Shown in pieces: positions 1 through 9,774 of a stretch of 64,000 bases of DNA. Position 1 is the first letter of the stretch. Each line of letters begins with the position of its first letter. Under the pieces are notes generated by a model, which was given only the letters and a program-made list of their open reading frames with translations, searched no databases and was not told the DNA's origin. Both the position numbers and the translations under genes were made by a program. The stretch lies in IMG/VR virus record IMGVR_UViG_3300042889_001272, positions 62,001 through 126,000 of that record. One strand, given 5' to 3'.

Positions 1-1111
1 GGGCATTCCTTTACACGAACGTGCCAAACTTGCAGGCGTAGCAGTTGATGCTGTGTTTGACAGTGTCAGTATTGGCACAACATACAAAGCTAAACTAGCA
101 GAAGAAGGAATTATCTTTTGCAGTTTTACAGAAGCAGTACAAGATCATCCGGAACTAGTTAAAGAATATCTAGGATCAGTTGTGCCTCAAGGTGACAACT
201 GGTTTGCCTGCATCAATTCAGCAGTGTTCAGTGATGGTAGTTTTGTATATATTCCTGAAGGTAAACGATGCCCTTTGGAGTTAAGCACTTACTTTAGAAT
301 TAACAGTGCCGGTAGCGGTCAATTTGAACGCACCTTAATTATAGCAGACAAGGATAGTTATGTATCTTACTTGGAGGGATGTACAGCACCCCAACGTGAC
401 GAGAATCAGTTACATGCCGCAGTGGTCGAACTTATTGCCCTTGATAGGGCAGAGATTAAATATTCAACTGTACAAAATTGGTACCCCGGCAACGAACACG
501 GGATTGGCGGAGTCTACAACTTTGTCACAAAACGTGCCCATTGTCGAGGAATTAAAAGTAGAGTTAGTTGGACTCAAGTGGAAACAGGATCAGCCATTAC
601 CTGGAAGTATCCAAGTTGCATATTGCAAGGTGACGGGAGTACCGGAGAGTTTTACTCAGTGGCGGTTACCAAAGGCCATCAACAAGCTGACACTGGTACA
701 AAAATGATTCACATTGGTGCTAATACTCGCAGTAAAATTATCAGCAAGGGTATTAGCATAGGTAACAGCACGATGACTTATCGTGGACTTGTGCGAATGA
801 ATCCCGGTGCTAAAAATGCTCGTAACTATACGCAATGCGATAGTTTGATGATTGGCAATAACAGTCGTAGTAACACTGTGCCTTACACAGATTGCAGAAA
901 TGATTCAGCGCAGATTGAACACGAAGCGACAACTGGCAGAGTAAGTGATGAAGAATTATATTATCTAGCCACTAGAGGATTAGATCCTGAACAGGCAGCA
1001 AGTGCCATTGTAAACGGCTTTTGCCGTAGTGTATTAAACACATTACCTTTAGAATTTGCGGCGGAAGCGAATAAATTACTAGCAGTAACCATGGAAGGAA
1101 GCATAGGATGA
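1..1111 (+). CDS. sufB: Fe-S cluster assembly scaffold SufB (5'-truncated by window edge)
   Basis: Frame open from base 2 ([23 protein letters not shown]...); SufB motifs [61 protein letters not shown]. Confidence 0.96.
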   Translation, partial: GIPLHERAKLAGVAVDAVFDSVSIGTTYKAKLAEEGIIFCSFTEAVQDHPELVKEYLGSVVPQGDNWFACINSAVFSDGSFVYIPEGKRCPLELSTYFRINSAGSGQFERTLIIADKDSYVSYLEGCTAPQRDENQLHAAVVELIALDRAEIKYSTVQNWYPGNEHGIGGVYNFVTKRAHCRGIKSRVSWTQVETGSAITWKYPSCILQGDGSTGEFYSVAVTKGHQQADTGTKMIHIGANTRSKIISKGISIGNSTMTYRGLVRMNPGAKNARNYTQCDSLMIGNNSRSNTVPYTDCRNDSAQIEHEATTGRVSDEELYYLATRGLDPEQAASAIVNGFCRSVLNTLPLEFAAEANKLLAVTMEGSIG

Positions 1112-1413
1112 ACTTAGAAGAGATTAAACAATTGGTAGAAACAAACAAGGTAGTACTGTTTATGAAAGGTACACCACAATTTCCAGAATGCGGATTTAGT
1201 CAGCAGGCCACAAAAATTTTACGGGCTTGTAATGTTGAACAATTTGAAAGTCGCAATGTTTTAGCCGACGAGGCTTTGAGATCAAACATCAAACAATTCA
1301 GCAATTGGCCCACTGTTCCACAATTATATATCAAGGGCGAATTTATTGGCGGCAGTGATATTATGATGGAAATGTACCAAGCTGGCGAACTGGAAGTTTT
1401 ATTAAATGATTAA
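1108..1413 (+). CDS. grxD: Monothiol glutaredoxin (Grx4/GrxD)
   Basis: [17 protein letters not shown] (CGFS motif), [21 protein letters not shown]. Confidence 0.93.
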   Translation: MNLEEIKQLVETNKVVLFMKGTPQFPECGFSQQATKILRACNVEQFESRNVLADEALRSNIKQFSNWPTVPQLYIKGEFIGGSDIMMEMYQAGELEVLLND

Positions 1414-2059
1414 AGTAAGCAATCTATCAGCAAGTATCGGCAATAAACAAATTTTAAACAAGATTAGTTTTACAGTAGAACCCGGAGAATGTTTGTTGAT
1501 CACAGGACCAAACGGCAGCGGCAAATCAACCTTGCTACATACTATTATGGGTAGACCAGATATTAATGCCACAGGTAGTATTAAAATTCGCAGTGGAGAA
1601 ATAATTGACATGCTTTGTCATGATCGTAGTCAAGCAGGAGTATTCATGGCGCATCAAAGTCCTCCTGCCATCGATGGTATCAACACTATGACATTGTTTA
1701 AAGAAATACAAAAAGTTCAAAACGTTGCAGGCAGTACCGGTGAATTAATTAAACTTACCAAGTCATTATTTAAATGGATTGGCTTGCCCGAAGGCTGGGA
1801 GAAAAGACAGTTCAATAATGGTGCCAGCGGCGGTGAGCGTAAAAAAAATGAACTCACACAGGCCGTATATCTACAAGGCAAAACACAAGTCTTACTATTG
1901 GACGAACCCGACAGCGGATTAGAACAAAGCAGCCGTCAAAAAATAATTGATTTAATTCAAGAAACTAAAAATCGACGCGGATGTGTATTATTAGTCACAC
2001 ATGATAAAGAACTACAAGAATTATATAGTGCTAACAAATTGGATTTAAGTAATGCGTAA
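1406..2059 (+). CDS. sufC: Fe-S assembly ABC ATPase SufC
   Basis: Walker A GPNGSGKST, signature GASGGERKKNE, Walker B LLLDEPDSG; operon position. Confidence 0.87.
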   Translation: MIKVSNLSASIGNKQILNKISFTVEPGECLLITGPNGSGKSTLLHTIMGRPDINATGSIKIRSGEIIDMLCHDRSQAGVFMAHQSPPAIDGINTMTLFKEIQKVQNVAGSTGELIKLTKSLFKWIGLPEGWEKRQFNNGASGGERKKNELTQAVYLQGKTQVLLLDEPDSGLEQSSRQKIIDLIQETKNRRGCVLLVTHDKELQELYSANKLDLSNA

Positions 2060-2483
2060 AGTATATTTAGATGCTGACAGTTTGGATTTAGTATTGGTTC
2101 CTACACGACCCGAGTATGAATTTGTATTCATTCAGACTGAAGGTAAATGTATTGCTAACATCAAACTAAAACCTTTTCCCGATACAAAATTCAAAGTTAA
2201 GATTTATATCTACGCAGAAGGCACCAGCGAAGTAGATTGTGTTTGTACATTAGATGTACCTAAAGATGTCAGCGGAGTTGAAACAGATATTCAAATTCGC
2301 AGTTGGCCTTTTGATAAGAGTAAAATTAAAGCTCGTCCTGAAATGTTTATTGCTAATAGTAATATTATTGCTAATCATGGCAATGCTCTGGGAACATTAA
2401 AACCTGAGGATAATTATTATCTTGCCAGTAGAGGTATCACTGATTACAAAGAATTAGTTAAACAAAGTTTATTAAATGCGTGA
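2052..2483 (+). CDS. sufD: Short SufD-like protein (143 aa)
   Basis: KARPEMFIANSNIIANHGNALGTLKPEDNYYLASRGI resembles the SufD C-terminus (PxLeI..ddV.asHgat.G...lfYL.SRGi); lies between sufC and sufS. Confidence 0.65.
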   Translation: MRKVYLDADSLDLVLVPTRPEYEFVFIQTEGKCIANIKLKPFPDTKFKVKIYIYAEGTSEVDCVCTLDVPKDVSGVETDIQIRSWPFDKSKIKARPEMFIANSNIIANHGNALGTLKPEDNYYLASRGITDYKELVKQSLLNA

Positions 2484-3660
2484 ATATTTTCCTTTCTTCA
2501 AACGTAGACAAGATATAATTTATCTCGACAGTGCAGCCACAAGTCAAACTTTGTACACCGTTGTCGAAGATATGCAAGATTTTATGTTGAGTAATAAAAG
2601 CAATGCACATCGAAGCGGCAATAGCATGGGCACTTATGTTGACCAACAATATCAATCTAGCAAAGAACTCATAGGCAAATGGTTAAACATTAACAAACCC
2701 GAACAGCGTATTGTGTTTAACAGTGGCACGACACAGGGATTGAATGATGCCGCGTCAATGATTATGTGTGCAATGTCATCCGGTGTAGTATTTATTGGCA
2801 TCGATAGTCATCACAGTTTAATCTTGCCCTGGACACAGTCTGGTAATTCTAAATGGCGAGTTGTTTTCATTGAGTTAGACAAAGATGGCCGTTTAGATCT
2901 AAATGATTTAAAAACAAAAATTAAAGAAGAACCAATGGCTTTGGCAAAAGTCATTGCTGTAAATGCCGTTAGCAATGTACTTGGCCTAGTCAACGATTTA
3001 GATGGCATTAAAAAGATTGCTTTAGAATATGCCGCAGTAAGTTTAATCGATGCCAGTCAAGTCGTTAGTAAGCGTCGAATAGACATCAGTGGCTTTGATT
3101 TTGTTGCTTGGAGTTGGCACAAAGTTTACGGACCCATGGGTCTAGGATGCTTGCTCATAGACCCAGTGTGGCTAAACTTCAATCCAGTTCGCCCCGGAGG
3201 AGGAACAGTCACCAGTGTAAGCATGGATTCAGTGACTTGGCAAACCAATGCCGGCAAGTTTGAAAGTGGTACACAGAATCTTGCGGCTATTTGCACATTG
3301 CCTAAACTCGTTAATTGGTTAATCGAACATCAAGATGAAATAGAATCTCATGATATTGGACTTGCTAGAATCACTAATGACCACATATCCTTGGCACAAT
3401 TTACTCCGGTTAGTCGAACAGACTCCGGACTGATCTGCTTAGATCCGGTTGTTGGCGCAGTAGAAGATTATACAATGATGTTGGATGCCAAGAACATTAT
3501 GATTCGTAGTGGAAAATTGTGTGCCGAACCACTGATAGCACAAATTAGTAATAATGGCCTGTTAAGACTAAGCTGGGCTTGTTATACCACCAGACAAGAA
3601 ATAGAACAAGCATTTGACAGCTTGGGAGACATACATGCAAGACTTTCAAAACATGTTTAA
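2476..3660 (+). CDS. sufS: Cysteine desulfurase SufS (class V PLP enzyme)
   Basis: IYLDSAATSQ, SNAHRSG, LIDASQ, SWHKVYGPMGLG (PLP lysine), FESGTQN, RSGKLCAEP (catalytic Cys). Confidence 0.88.
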   Translation: MREYFPFFKRRQDIIYLDSAATSQTLYTVVEDMQDFMLSNKSNAHRSGNSMGTYVDQQYQSSKELIGKWLNINKPEQRIVFNSGTTQGLNDAASMIMCAMSSGVVFIGIDSHHSLILPWTQSGNSKWRVVFIELDKDGRLDLNDLKTKIKEEPMALAKVIAVNAVSNVLGLVNDLDGIKKIALEYAAVSLIDASQVVSKRRIDISGFDFVAWSWHKVYGPMGLGCLLIDPVWLNFNPVRPGGGTVTSVSMDSVTWQTNAGKFESGTQNLAAICTLPKLVNWLIEHQDEIESHDIGLARITNDHISLAQFTPVSRTDSGLICLDPVVGAVEDYTMMLDAKNIMIRSGKLCAEPLIAQISNNGLLRLSWACYTTRQEIEQAFDSLGDIHARLSKHV

Positions 3661-4009
3661 AGATTTATTTGAACTAGATGATGCCATGGACAAGTACGAA
3701 TGGATCATGGAATATGATGCCATTACCAAACCTGTGTTTACTGTTGTTAAGTCAGATGCAAATTTAGTTCAAGGTTGCACTAGTAATTTATGGGTTGAAA
3801 AGATTGATGAATGTATCTATTGCTATGGCGAAAGTTTAATTGTGCAGGGCATTGCATCAATGATCTGCGATTGGTTCAATCAAGCAAATAAAAAACAACA
3901 AATGGACTTTAGCTTAAATACACTTACTAATATAGGATTAGCACCATTGCTAAGTATGGGTAGACAAAACGGTGTTGCTAATTTAATAGCAAAGATTAAA
4001 ACATTATGA
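3653..4009 (+). CDS. sufE: Sulfur acceptor SufE
   Basis: NLVQGCTSNLW, GESLIVQGIA, LSMGRQNG; start moved to ATG 3653, which overlaps the sufS stop. Confidence 0.82.
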   Translation: MFKDLFELDDAMDKYEWIMEYDAITKPVFTVVKSDANLVQGCTSNLWVEKIDECIYCYGESLIVQGIASMICDWFNQANKKQQMDFSLNTLTNIGLAPLLSMGRQNGVANLIAKIKTL

Positions 4010-4185
4010 ACGAACTCGAAACTTTGTTGAAAATGCATGACTGGGGTCATGCGGGATACATTACTCGGCCAGCAGTGGATCAAGCCATGCGAGCTAATGC
4101 AGGTGCAGAAGCCACTGCACTATGGGAAAAATACTGTCCTTGGAGTGAGACTAACGGCGGATACATTGCCTGGAGCAAACAATGA
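4006..4185 (+). CDS. Small hypothetical protein (59 aa), not in ORF track
   Basis: ATG 4006 to TGA 4185 (MNELETLLKMHDWGHAGY...IAWSKQ); ATGA overlaps with both neighbours indicate translational coupling. Confidence 0.6.
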   Translation: MNELETLLKMHDWGHAGYITRPAVDQAMRANAGAEATALWEKYCPWSETNGGYIAWSKQ

Positions 4186-4541
4186 ACGAACAAATTGAAC
4201 AAGGTATTGTTGCTGGTTTAAAAACAGTATACGATCCGGAGATCCCAGTAAATATCTATGACTTGGGATTGATATACAAAATTGACGTTGATGATGTCGA
4301 TGTTAAAATTTTAATGACACTGACATCAGCATTTTGTCCCAGTGCGGAAGAGATTCCAGCAGAGGTGCGGGTTGTGGTAGAAAACGCTTTAAAAGAGTTA
4401 AATACTACGAGAACTATTTCAGTAGAAGTAGTGTTTGATCCTCCGTGGACTCCTGAAAGAGTATCCGAAGAGGCAAGATTAGAAATGGGAATGTACGATT
4501 ATGATCAAGAAAATTCTAGCCTGGATCACTGGCAAGAGTGA
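4182..4541 (+). CDS. sufT: DUF59/SufT-type Fe-S maturation protein
   Basis: LKTVYDPEIPVNIYDLGLIY, MTLTSAFCP, VFDPPWTPERVSEEARLEMG. Confidence 0.88.
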   Translation: MNEQIEQGIVAGLKTVYDPEIPVNIYDLGLIYKIDVDDVDVKILMTLTSAFCPSAEEIPAEVRVVVENALKELNTTRTISVEVVFDPPWTPERVSEEARLEMGMYDYDQENSSLDHWQE

Positions 4542-4866
4542 TACAGCAGTGGCAGAAGCCGCTCCTTATAAAGTTGAAGTAGTTACACCAAAAGCAGAAG
4601 AAATTCCACTTGGTACAGAAGCAACAATTATTGCAGTTTCGCATTCAGACATGCCGATTAATGCTTTAACAGTTGAAGTTGTTCCAAACGCAGTGGTACC
4701 AGCCGCAATTGAAACTTCTACAGTTACAGTTAAAGCAAAATATAAAAAAGCTGACTTGACTGCAATGACTAAAGCACAGTTAATGGAACTTGTTACAAAA
4801 CATGGTGTAGAAGTTAAAGCTCGCAGTACCAAAGAAGAACTAGTAAAAGTATTAGTAAAAGTATGA
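4501..4866 (+). CDS. Hypothetical protein with C-terminal HeH/LEM- or Rho-N-like helical domain
   Basis: C-terminal DLTAMTKAQLMELVTKHGVEVKARSTKEELVKVL. Confidence 0.55.
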   Translation: MIKKILAWITGKSDTAVAEAAPYKVEVVTPKAEEIPLGTEATIIAVSHSDMPINALTVEVVPNAVVPAAIETSTVTVKAKYKKADLTAMTKAQLMELVTKHGVEVKARSTKEELVKVLVKV

Positions 4867-5192
4867 TAGTTCTCACTGTCACCGACGAAGCCAAGAAGCA
4901 TATTATTGACATGTTGGATCGGTCCAATATGCCAGCAGTTCAGCTTGGTTTAGAAGCTCAGGGTTGTAATGGATACATGTATACCTGGACACCCATTTCT
5001 GATGCCTACGGTGAAGTAATAGAGCTTGACGACACACATAGTATAGTGTATAATAAATCTATTGTGCCACATATCATAGACAGCGTGGTAGAGATTGAAA
5101 AAACTGGATTTAATTCTAGATTAGTTTTGAACAATCCCAACGTTGCTTATGCGTGTGGTTGTGGCGAAAGTGTAAACTTTAAAAATGACTGA
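4863..5192 (+). CDS. sufA: A-type Fe-S carrier (IscA/SufA/HesB family)
   Basis: LTVTDEAKKHI, QGCNGYMY, NNPNVAYACGCGESV (three conserved Cys). Confidence 0.88.
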   Translation: MIVLTVTDEAKKHIIDMLDRSNMPAVQLGLEAQGCNGYMYTWTPISDAYGEVIELDDTHSIVYNKSIVPHIIDSVVEIEKTGFNSRLVLNNPNVAYACGCGESVNFKND

Positions 5193-5412
5193 ACCTGATT
5201 TAAACAAACAATTAAATGAGTTGATTGAACGTGAACGTGAGATTCTTAAAAAGATGAATGTTGCACGCCGCGCAGGCGTCAGCGAGGGTATTATCAGTCA
5301 GCTGACATATATGTTAGACGAAGTGCAATTTGCACAACAAGACATTAGAGCCAAGCAGGCTGCTGGCACAGGCAAAGACAATGATTTTGGTAGTTTTATC
5401 AGTATCGGATAA
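5185..5412 (+). CDS. Hypothetical protein
   Basis: ORF coupled to its neighbours; coiled-coil-like. Confidence 0.6.
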   Translation: MTEPDLNKQLNELIEREREILKKMNVARRAGVSEGIISQLTYMLDEVQFAQQDIRAKQAAGTGKDNDFGSFISIG

Positions 5413-5891
5413 TGTTAGACAACAAAGGCAATATGTACGTTGAAGAAGATGACATCATTGAATTAATGCTGTTGAATAGGCAAGCAAAAATTCTTCCTCG
5501 CAATATTCAAAGTTTTAAAATATTTGAATCAACTTGTAAATCGTATGGAATTAAAAATCCATTCGAGTTAGACAGTTCCACAGAAGATATAACTTGGAAT
5601 ATGCCCGAAGAGTATCGCAGACTCGATATTAGACAACATATAGAATCTAACTATACGTTGAGTAATATGCAGTTGGCAAGAGTTAATTTAGAATTAGATG
5701 AATTTGAAAAAAGAAACTTAACTGATCTATTAAGATTTTTAGTTTATTTTATCGACACAGTAAGAAAAAACAATATTGTCTATGGTGTTGGCCGAGGTAG
5801 TAGTATCGCAAGTTATGTATTATATTTGCTTAAAGTGCATCGTATAGATAGCATTAAATATAATTTAGATATCAAGGAATTTTTAAAATGA
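5412..5891 (+). CDS. DNA polymerase III alpha (DnaE)-like fragment
   Basis: RVNLELDEF...FLVYFIDTVRKNNIVYGVGRGSSIASYVLYLLKVHRIDSIKYNL matches the DnaE GxGRGS..GSlvaY.LgIt.iDP.ky.L segment; stops before the PDID catalytic motif. Confidence 0.7.
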   Translation: MLDNKGNMYVEEDDIIELMLLNRQAKILPRNIQSFKIFESTCKSYGIKNPFELDSSTEDITWNMPEEYRRLDIRQHIESNYTLSNMQLARVNLELDEFEKRNLTDLLRFLVYFIDTVRKNNIVYGVGRGSSIASYVLYLLKVHRIDSIKYNLDIKEFLK

Positions 5892-6268
5892 GTAATCATA
5901 GAACAGCCAGAGGTAGAGAATTTAATATGCAGGGTTTTGTCTCAGATAAAGGACAGACAACTGCTGTTGGAAACTCTAATAGAAATGCTCAGGGAGATTT
6001 ACTAGGCCGAGGAGGTAAAATTGTTGCCAACTCGAAAGAAATAACAAACGCTGTCTATAATAATAACAAAAGACCGGCCAGTAAAACAGTGAAGATTAAT
6101 CCCATGGAGCAGGAAATCAGCCGCAAGGATATCATAGGCGCTGACGGTGTTGGCCGTGTTGAAATAACATATGCAGACGGCAGCGTAGAGATTCAAACTA
6201 AAGAAGATGCTGTTGCGCCTTCTAAGCCATTAGATTTTGATTTTAACAATATTAGCAAGGAACTATAA
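5888..6268 (+). CDS. Hypothetical protein
   Basis: Coupled ORF; no recognised motif. Confidence 0.65.
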   Translation: MSNHRTARGREFNMQGFVSDKGQTTAVGNSNRNAQGDLLGRGGKIVANSKEITNAVYNNNKRPASKTVKINPMEQEISRKDIIGADGVGRVEITYADGSVEIQTKEDAVAPSKPLDFDFNNISKEL

Positions 6269-6639
6269 TGAAGGTTAGACCATTACCAGGTAATATTTTT
6301 GCCGTACTAGAACAGGGCGAACGTGTGACTAAAGGCGGTATCGTACTCAAAGACGATAACGGTAAAATGGAAGGTATTCGCCCACGTTGGGGCCGAGTAT
6401 GGCAGGTCTCTGAAGATATCACAGATGTTAAAATTGGTGACTGGATTCTCTGCGAACACGGACGTTGGACCATGACCATTGAAATTAAAGATGATGCTGG
6501 TGAAACATTTAAATTTCAAAAGATTGATCCCAACGGTATTCTTATGGTGTCGGATCATAAACCCAATGATTCAATGTTTGGCGAAGGTTTCGACGCCAGT
6601 GCTCCTGCTCATCGAGCCGAAGACTTCGGCGCTAGATAA
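6268..6639 (+). CDS. groES: Co-chaperonin GroES (Cpn10)-like
   Basis: MKVRPLPGNI, TKGGIVL, GRVWQV, DVKIGDWIL. Confidence 0.8.
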   Translation: MKVRPLPGNIFAVLEQGERVTKGGIVLKDDNGKMEGIRPRWGRVWQVSEDITDVKIGDWILCEHGRWTMTIEIKDDAGETFKFQKIDPNGILMVSDHKPNDSMFGEGFDASAPAHRAEDFGAR

Positions 6640-6642
6640 GTC

Positions 6643-6671
6643 TTGACATTCGTCAGGGCTTAGTATATAAT
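6643..6671 (+). promoter_or_regulatory. sigma70-type promoter
   Basis: TTGACA (6643) - 17 nt - TATAAT (6666). Confidence 0.85.
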
Positions 6672-6677
6672 AATACT

Positions 6678-7619
6678 ATGACTACACAAAATTATCTCTG
6701 GGTTGAGAAGTATAGACCCGCCACTATTAAAGACTATGTTTGGATTAATCCTAGTCAAAAACTTATGGTCGAGGGCTGGGTTAAAGATAAAAATATTCCG
6801 CACTTGCTATTAAGCGGACCGCCTGGCACAGGAAAAACTACTTTAGCCAAAGTTCTATGCAATGAACTAGAAGTTCAAAAGGCGGACATCATGTTTATTA
6901 ATGCCAGTCACGAAACTGGTGTTGATAACCTGCGTGAGAAAGTCGGTAACTTCTGTCGCAGTATGAGCTTTGGTGACTTTCGTGTTATTATACTTGACGA
7001 GGCAGATTATCTAAGTCCTAATGCACAGGGTGTACTGCGTGGTATGTTAGAGCAGTACAGTAATGTAGCAAAGTTTATTCTAACTTGCAATATGCCACAT
7101 AAGGTCATGCCAGCGTTGCATAGTCGTTGTCAGGGGTTTAGTTTCAACAACTTAGATGAAACAGATTTTACAGTTAGATTAGGACAAATCCTAGCCGATG
7201 AAGGCTGTGACTTTGATGTAGACACGTTAACTAATTTTGTTAAAGCAACATATCCGGATCTGCGTAAAGCAATTAACACAGCGCAACAATACAGCCGCAG
7301 TGGTAAGTTAGAAATGCCAGGTGCTGGTCAAAGTACAGACAGCAGTGAGTGGAAGTTAGAAGCCATTGCGTTATTTCAAAATGGCAAAGTTAGACAAGCA
7401 CGTGAAATGATCTGTAAGAAAATTACATTAGAGGAATACGAAGAAGTTTATAAGTTCTTGTATCGTAATTTAGCGTTTTGGGGTGACGATGAAGACACAC
7501 AAGATGCAGCCATTATCATCATTAAAGAAGGAATGGTGAATCACAGTTTGTGTGCTGACCCTGAAATCAATTTAAGTGCTACTATTGTCAAACTAGACCG
7601 TATGCGCCGCGGATTATAA
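6678..7619 (+). CDS. Clamp loader AAA+ subunit (RFC small / T4 gp44-like)
   Basis: LWVEKYRP, GPPGTGKTT, IILDEAD, SRC motif, DLRKAIN. Confidence 0.9.
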   Translation: MTTQNYLWVEKYRPATIKDYVWINPSQKLMVEGWVKDKNIPHLLLSGPPGTGKTTLAKVLCNELEVQKADIMFINASHETGVDNLREKVGNFCRSMSFGDFRVIILDEADYLSPNAQGVLRGMLEQYSNVAKFILTCNMPHKVMPALHSRCQGFSFNNLDETDFTVRLGQILADEGCDFDVDTLTNFVKATYPDLRKAINTAQQYSRSGKLEMPGAGQSTDSSEWKLEAIALFQNGKVRQAREMICKKITLEEYEEVYKFLYRNLAFWGDDEDTQDAAIIIIKEGMVNHSLCADPEINLSATIVKLDRMRRGL

Positions 7620-7659
7620 AGTAAAGTGGACTAACCCCAAGTTAACTATTACTTACAAT

Positions 7660-8385
7660 TTACTCTTCACCGTAAATCTTTAATACCTCAGCTACAGCGG
7701 CGTGGCGTTCTACGTCACATCGCTCGAACTCTACTACACCTATCATCTTTGACGATGATTTCTTTAGTCGTGCAGTAAAATCTCTTAATCCGTTTTCTTC
7801 AAAACCGCGATCATGCTGGGCCAAGTCGCCAGTTGCAAAGATTCTACTTGCATCACCAATACGAGTCAAAAGCATTTTCATTTGACTTGGCGTAGCGTTC
7901 TGCATTTCGTCTGCTAGAATGATTGATTTTTTAAATGTTCTTCCCCTCATGTAGGCTAAAGGAGCTACCTCGATTACATTCTCCTCGATCATATTCTCTA
8001 TGTATTTCGGAGCCCAATATTCTTCGAATACGTCGAATATAGGTCGAGTCCACGGAGCCATCTTTTCGATTAATGTGCCAGGCAAAAAGCCGTGTTGTTC
8101 GTCGACACTGACTGCTGGTCTTGTAATAATAATCTTTTCAATTCTGCCAGCTTTTAGTTCGCGAATAGCCATCATACAAGCTAATAGAGTCTTGCCCGTT
8201 CCGGCAGGACCCACTGCAAATACAATACTTTTTCTTTGATCTTCTAAAAGCGCAAGATAGTCTTCTTGTCTAATATTCTTAGGCAAGATTTCTACATGTC
8301 GACTGCGGTCCTTACGGAACTTTTCAATGTGCAGAACAGATGCGTGTTCTTGTGGTTGAACACGTTTTTGTTGTCGTTTCGTCAT
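7660..8385 (-). CDS. phoH: PhoH family ATPase
   Basis: GPAGTGKT, ITRPAV, GFLPG, APLAYMRGRT, DEMQN, TGDLAQHD; start at ATG 8385 with a GGAGG SD. Confidence 0.92.
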   Translation of the reverse strand: MTKRQQKRVQPQEHASVLHIEKFRKDRSRHVEILPKNIRQEDYLALLEDQRKSIVFAVGPAGTGKTLLACMMAIRELKAGRIEKIIITRPAVSVDEQHGFLPGTLIEKMAPWTRPIFDVFEEYWAPKYIENMIEENVIEVAPLAYMRGRTFKKSIILADEMQNATPSQMKMLLTRIGDASRIFATGDLAQHDRGFEENGLRDFTARLKKSSSKMIGVVEFERCDVERHAAVAEVLKIYGEE

Positions 8386-8517
8386 TCTAATACCTCCAAT
8401 TTGGATTTGATTAGTTAGACTTGGGGTTTGTTTGTCCACAAAAGTATTTAACCAACTTGTCATTTTGAGCAAAGATATATGCACAAAAACGGTAAATACT
8501 AGAAACAGGAATATTCT

Positions 8518-9198
8518 ATGTCATTGATTACAAAAAGCACGTATTTAAGAGGCCCAAAGGGCGATATTGGACTACAAGGACCACGCGGTGACCGCGGTCT
8601 ATCCGGTGCCCTAGGTCCACAAGGCCCACAAGGGGAAACATCCGTTCCCGCTAGCACTGACGATATATTAGAAGGCTTTAATAATCTATTTTTTACCAAC
8701 GAAAGAGCTGATGCAAGAGTTACCATTGGTATTAATAATTTAATCAACAGTGCTCCTAATTCATTAGACACATTAAATGAATTAGCCACTGCTTTAAACA
8801 ATGATTCAAATTTTGGCAGCACAGTTGTTACTAGTTTGGCAGGCAAATTGGCTATTGCAGGCGGCACGATGACTGGTGCATTAATATTAAATGCTGATCC
8901 TATTACAGAATTGGGTGCAGCCACAAAGCAATATGTAGATAATTTATCTACATCAGATATAGCAGAATCAACTAATTTATATTTTACAACGGTACGAGCA
9001 CGTAATAGTATTAATGTCACAGGAAGTTTAAGCTATAACAGCGAAACCGGAATTATTAGCTATGTAACTCCACTTACTGTAGCAAGCATTGGTAATCATA
9101 GCACTTCTGATCTAGCAGAAGGTTCGAATCTGTATTTTACAGAGCAACGAGTACTAAACGTTATAGAACAAGCTAATATGGACGGCGGCGAATATTAA
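8518..9198 (+). CDS. Collagen-like virion fibre/decoration protein
   Basis: GXY run (GPKGDIGLQGPRGDRG...), APNSLDTLNELATAL and GGTMTGAL motifs, three DxxEGxNLYFT-type repeats; TAAATA at 8493. Confidence 0.7.
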   Translation: MSLITKSTYLRGPKGDIGLQGPRGDRGLSGALGPQGPQGETSVPASTDDILEGFNNLFFTNERADARVTIGINNLINSAPNSLDTLNELATALNNDSNFGSTVVTSLAGKLAIAGGTMTGALILNADPITELGAATKQYVDNLSTSDIAESTNLYFTTVRARNSINVTGSLSYNSETGIISYVTPLTVASIGNHSTSDLAEGSNLYFTEQRVLNVIEQANMDGGEY

Positions 9199-9219
9199 TC
9201 TATAAGCATAAATATTACT

Positions 9220-9774
9220 ATGATTGATATCGACACAATATACACAACACTAGACGATGTTTACGGCAGCGAAAACATTCTAGACATTCTCGTTGAATTT
9301 GAACGTATCTTTGATCAACTTGACATCTATGTATTCAAGAATTGGATCAAGGGTGAAATCGTTGAAGGTCCGAAGATCGACCGCTACTGGATTACAGTTA
9401 CATTAATGTATCCTTACAAAATGATGCCAGATCCAGCAGGTGCAGAACGTCTAATGGATCGAGGCTGTAAAGTTTGGTATGGACAGGATACGCTACAGCA
9501 CGTTGCTAACATCCGAGGTCCAGAAAGCTACGAAACAGATGAAGAAGGACACTTAGAGCCAAAGTTAATTAAAAGTCCAGTATGGACAGTTAAAGTAACT
9601 ATGCCACGTCACTTTGTCGATGAAATTCAAACAAACAAAGTTGAAGCAGGTAATCAAACCATTGACATGGATGAAGTAACCAGTGCTTATGACGAAAACT
9701 TAAATGATGCCGAAGTAGCAAAAGGTAATGCCGCAGATGAAACCCAAGAACCAGCACCACAACAACCTCAGTGA
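9220..9774 (+). CDS. Conserved phage hypothetical protein
   Basis: Clean ORF; late-promoter-like TAAATA at 9209. Confidence 0.7.
   Translation: MIDIDTIYTTLDDVYGSENILDILVEFERIFDQLDIYVFKNWIKGEIVEGPKIDRYWITVTLMYPYKMMPDPAGAERLMDRGCKVWYGQDTLQHVANIRGPESYETDEEGHLEPKLIKSPVWTVKVTMPRHFVDEIQTNKVEAGNQTIDMDEVTSAYDENLNDAEVAKGNAADETQEPAPQQPQ

Noticed and set aside
1-5192. Bacterial chromosome origin of the window
   Set aside because: suf genes continue without a break into phage hallmark genes (clamp loader, fibres, spanins, T4-type PolB, TAAATA promoters) with similar composition.
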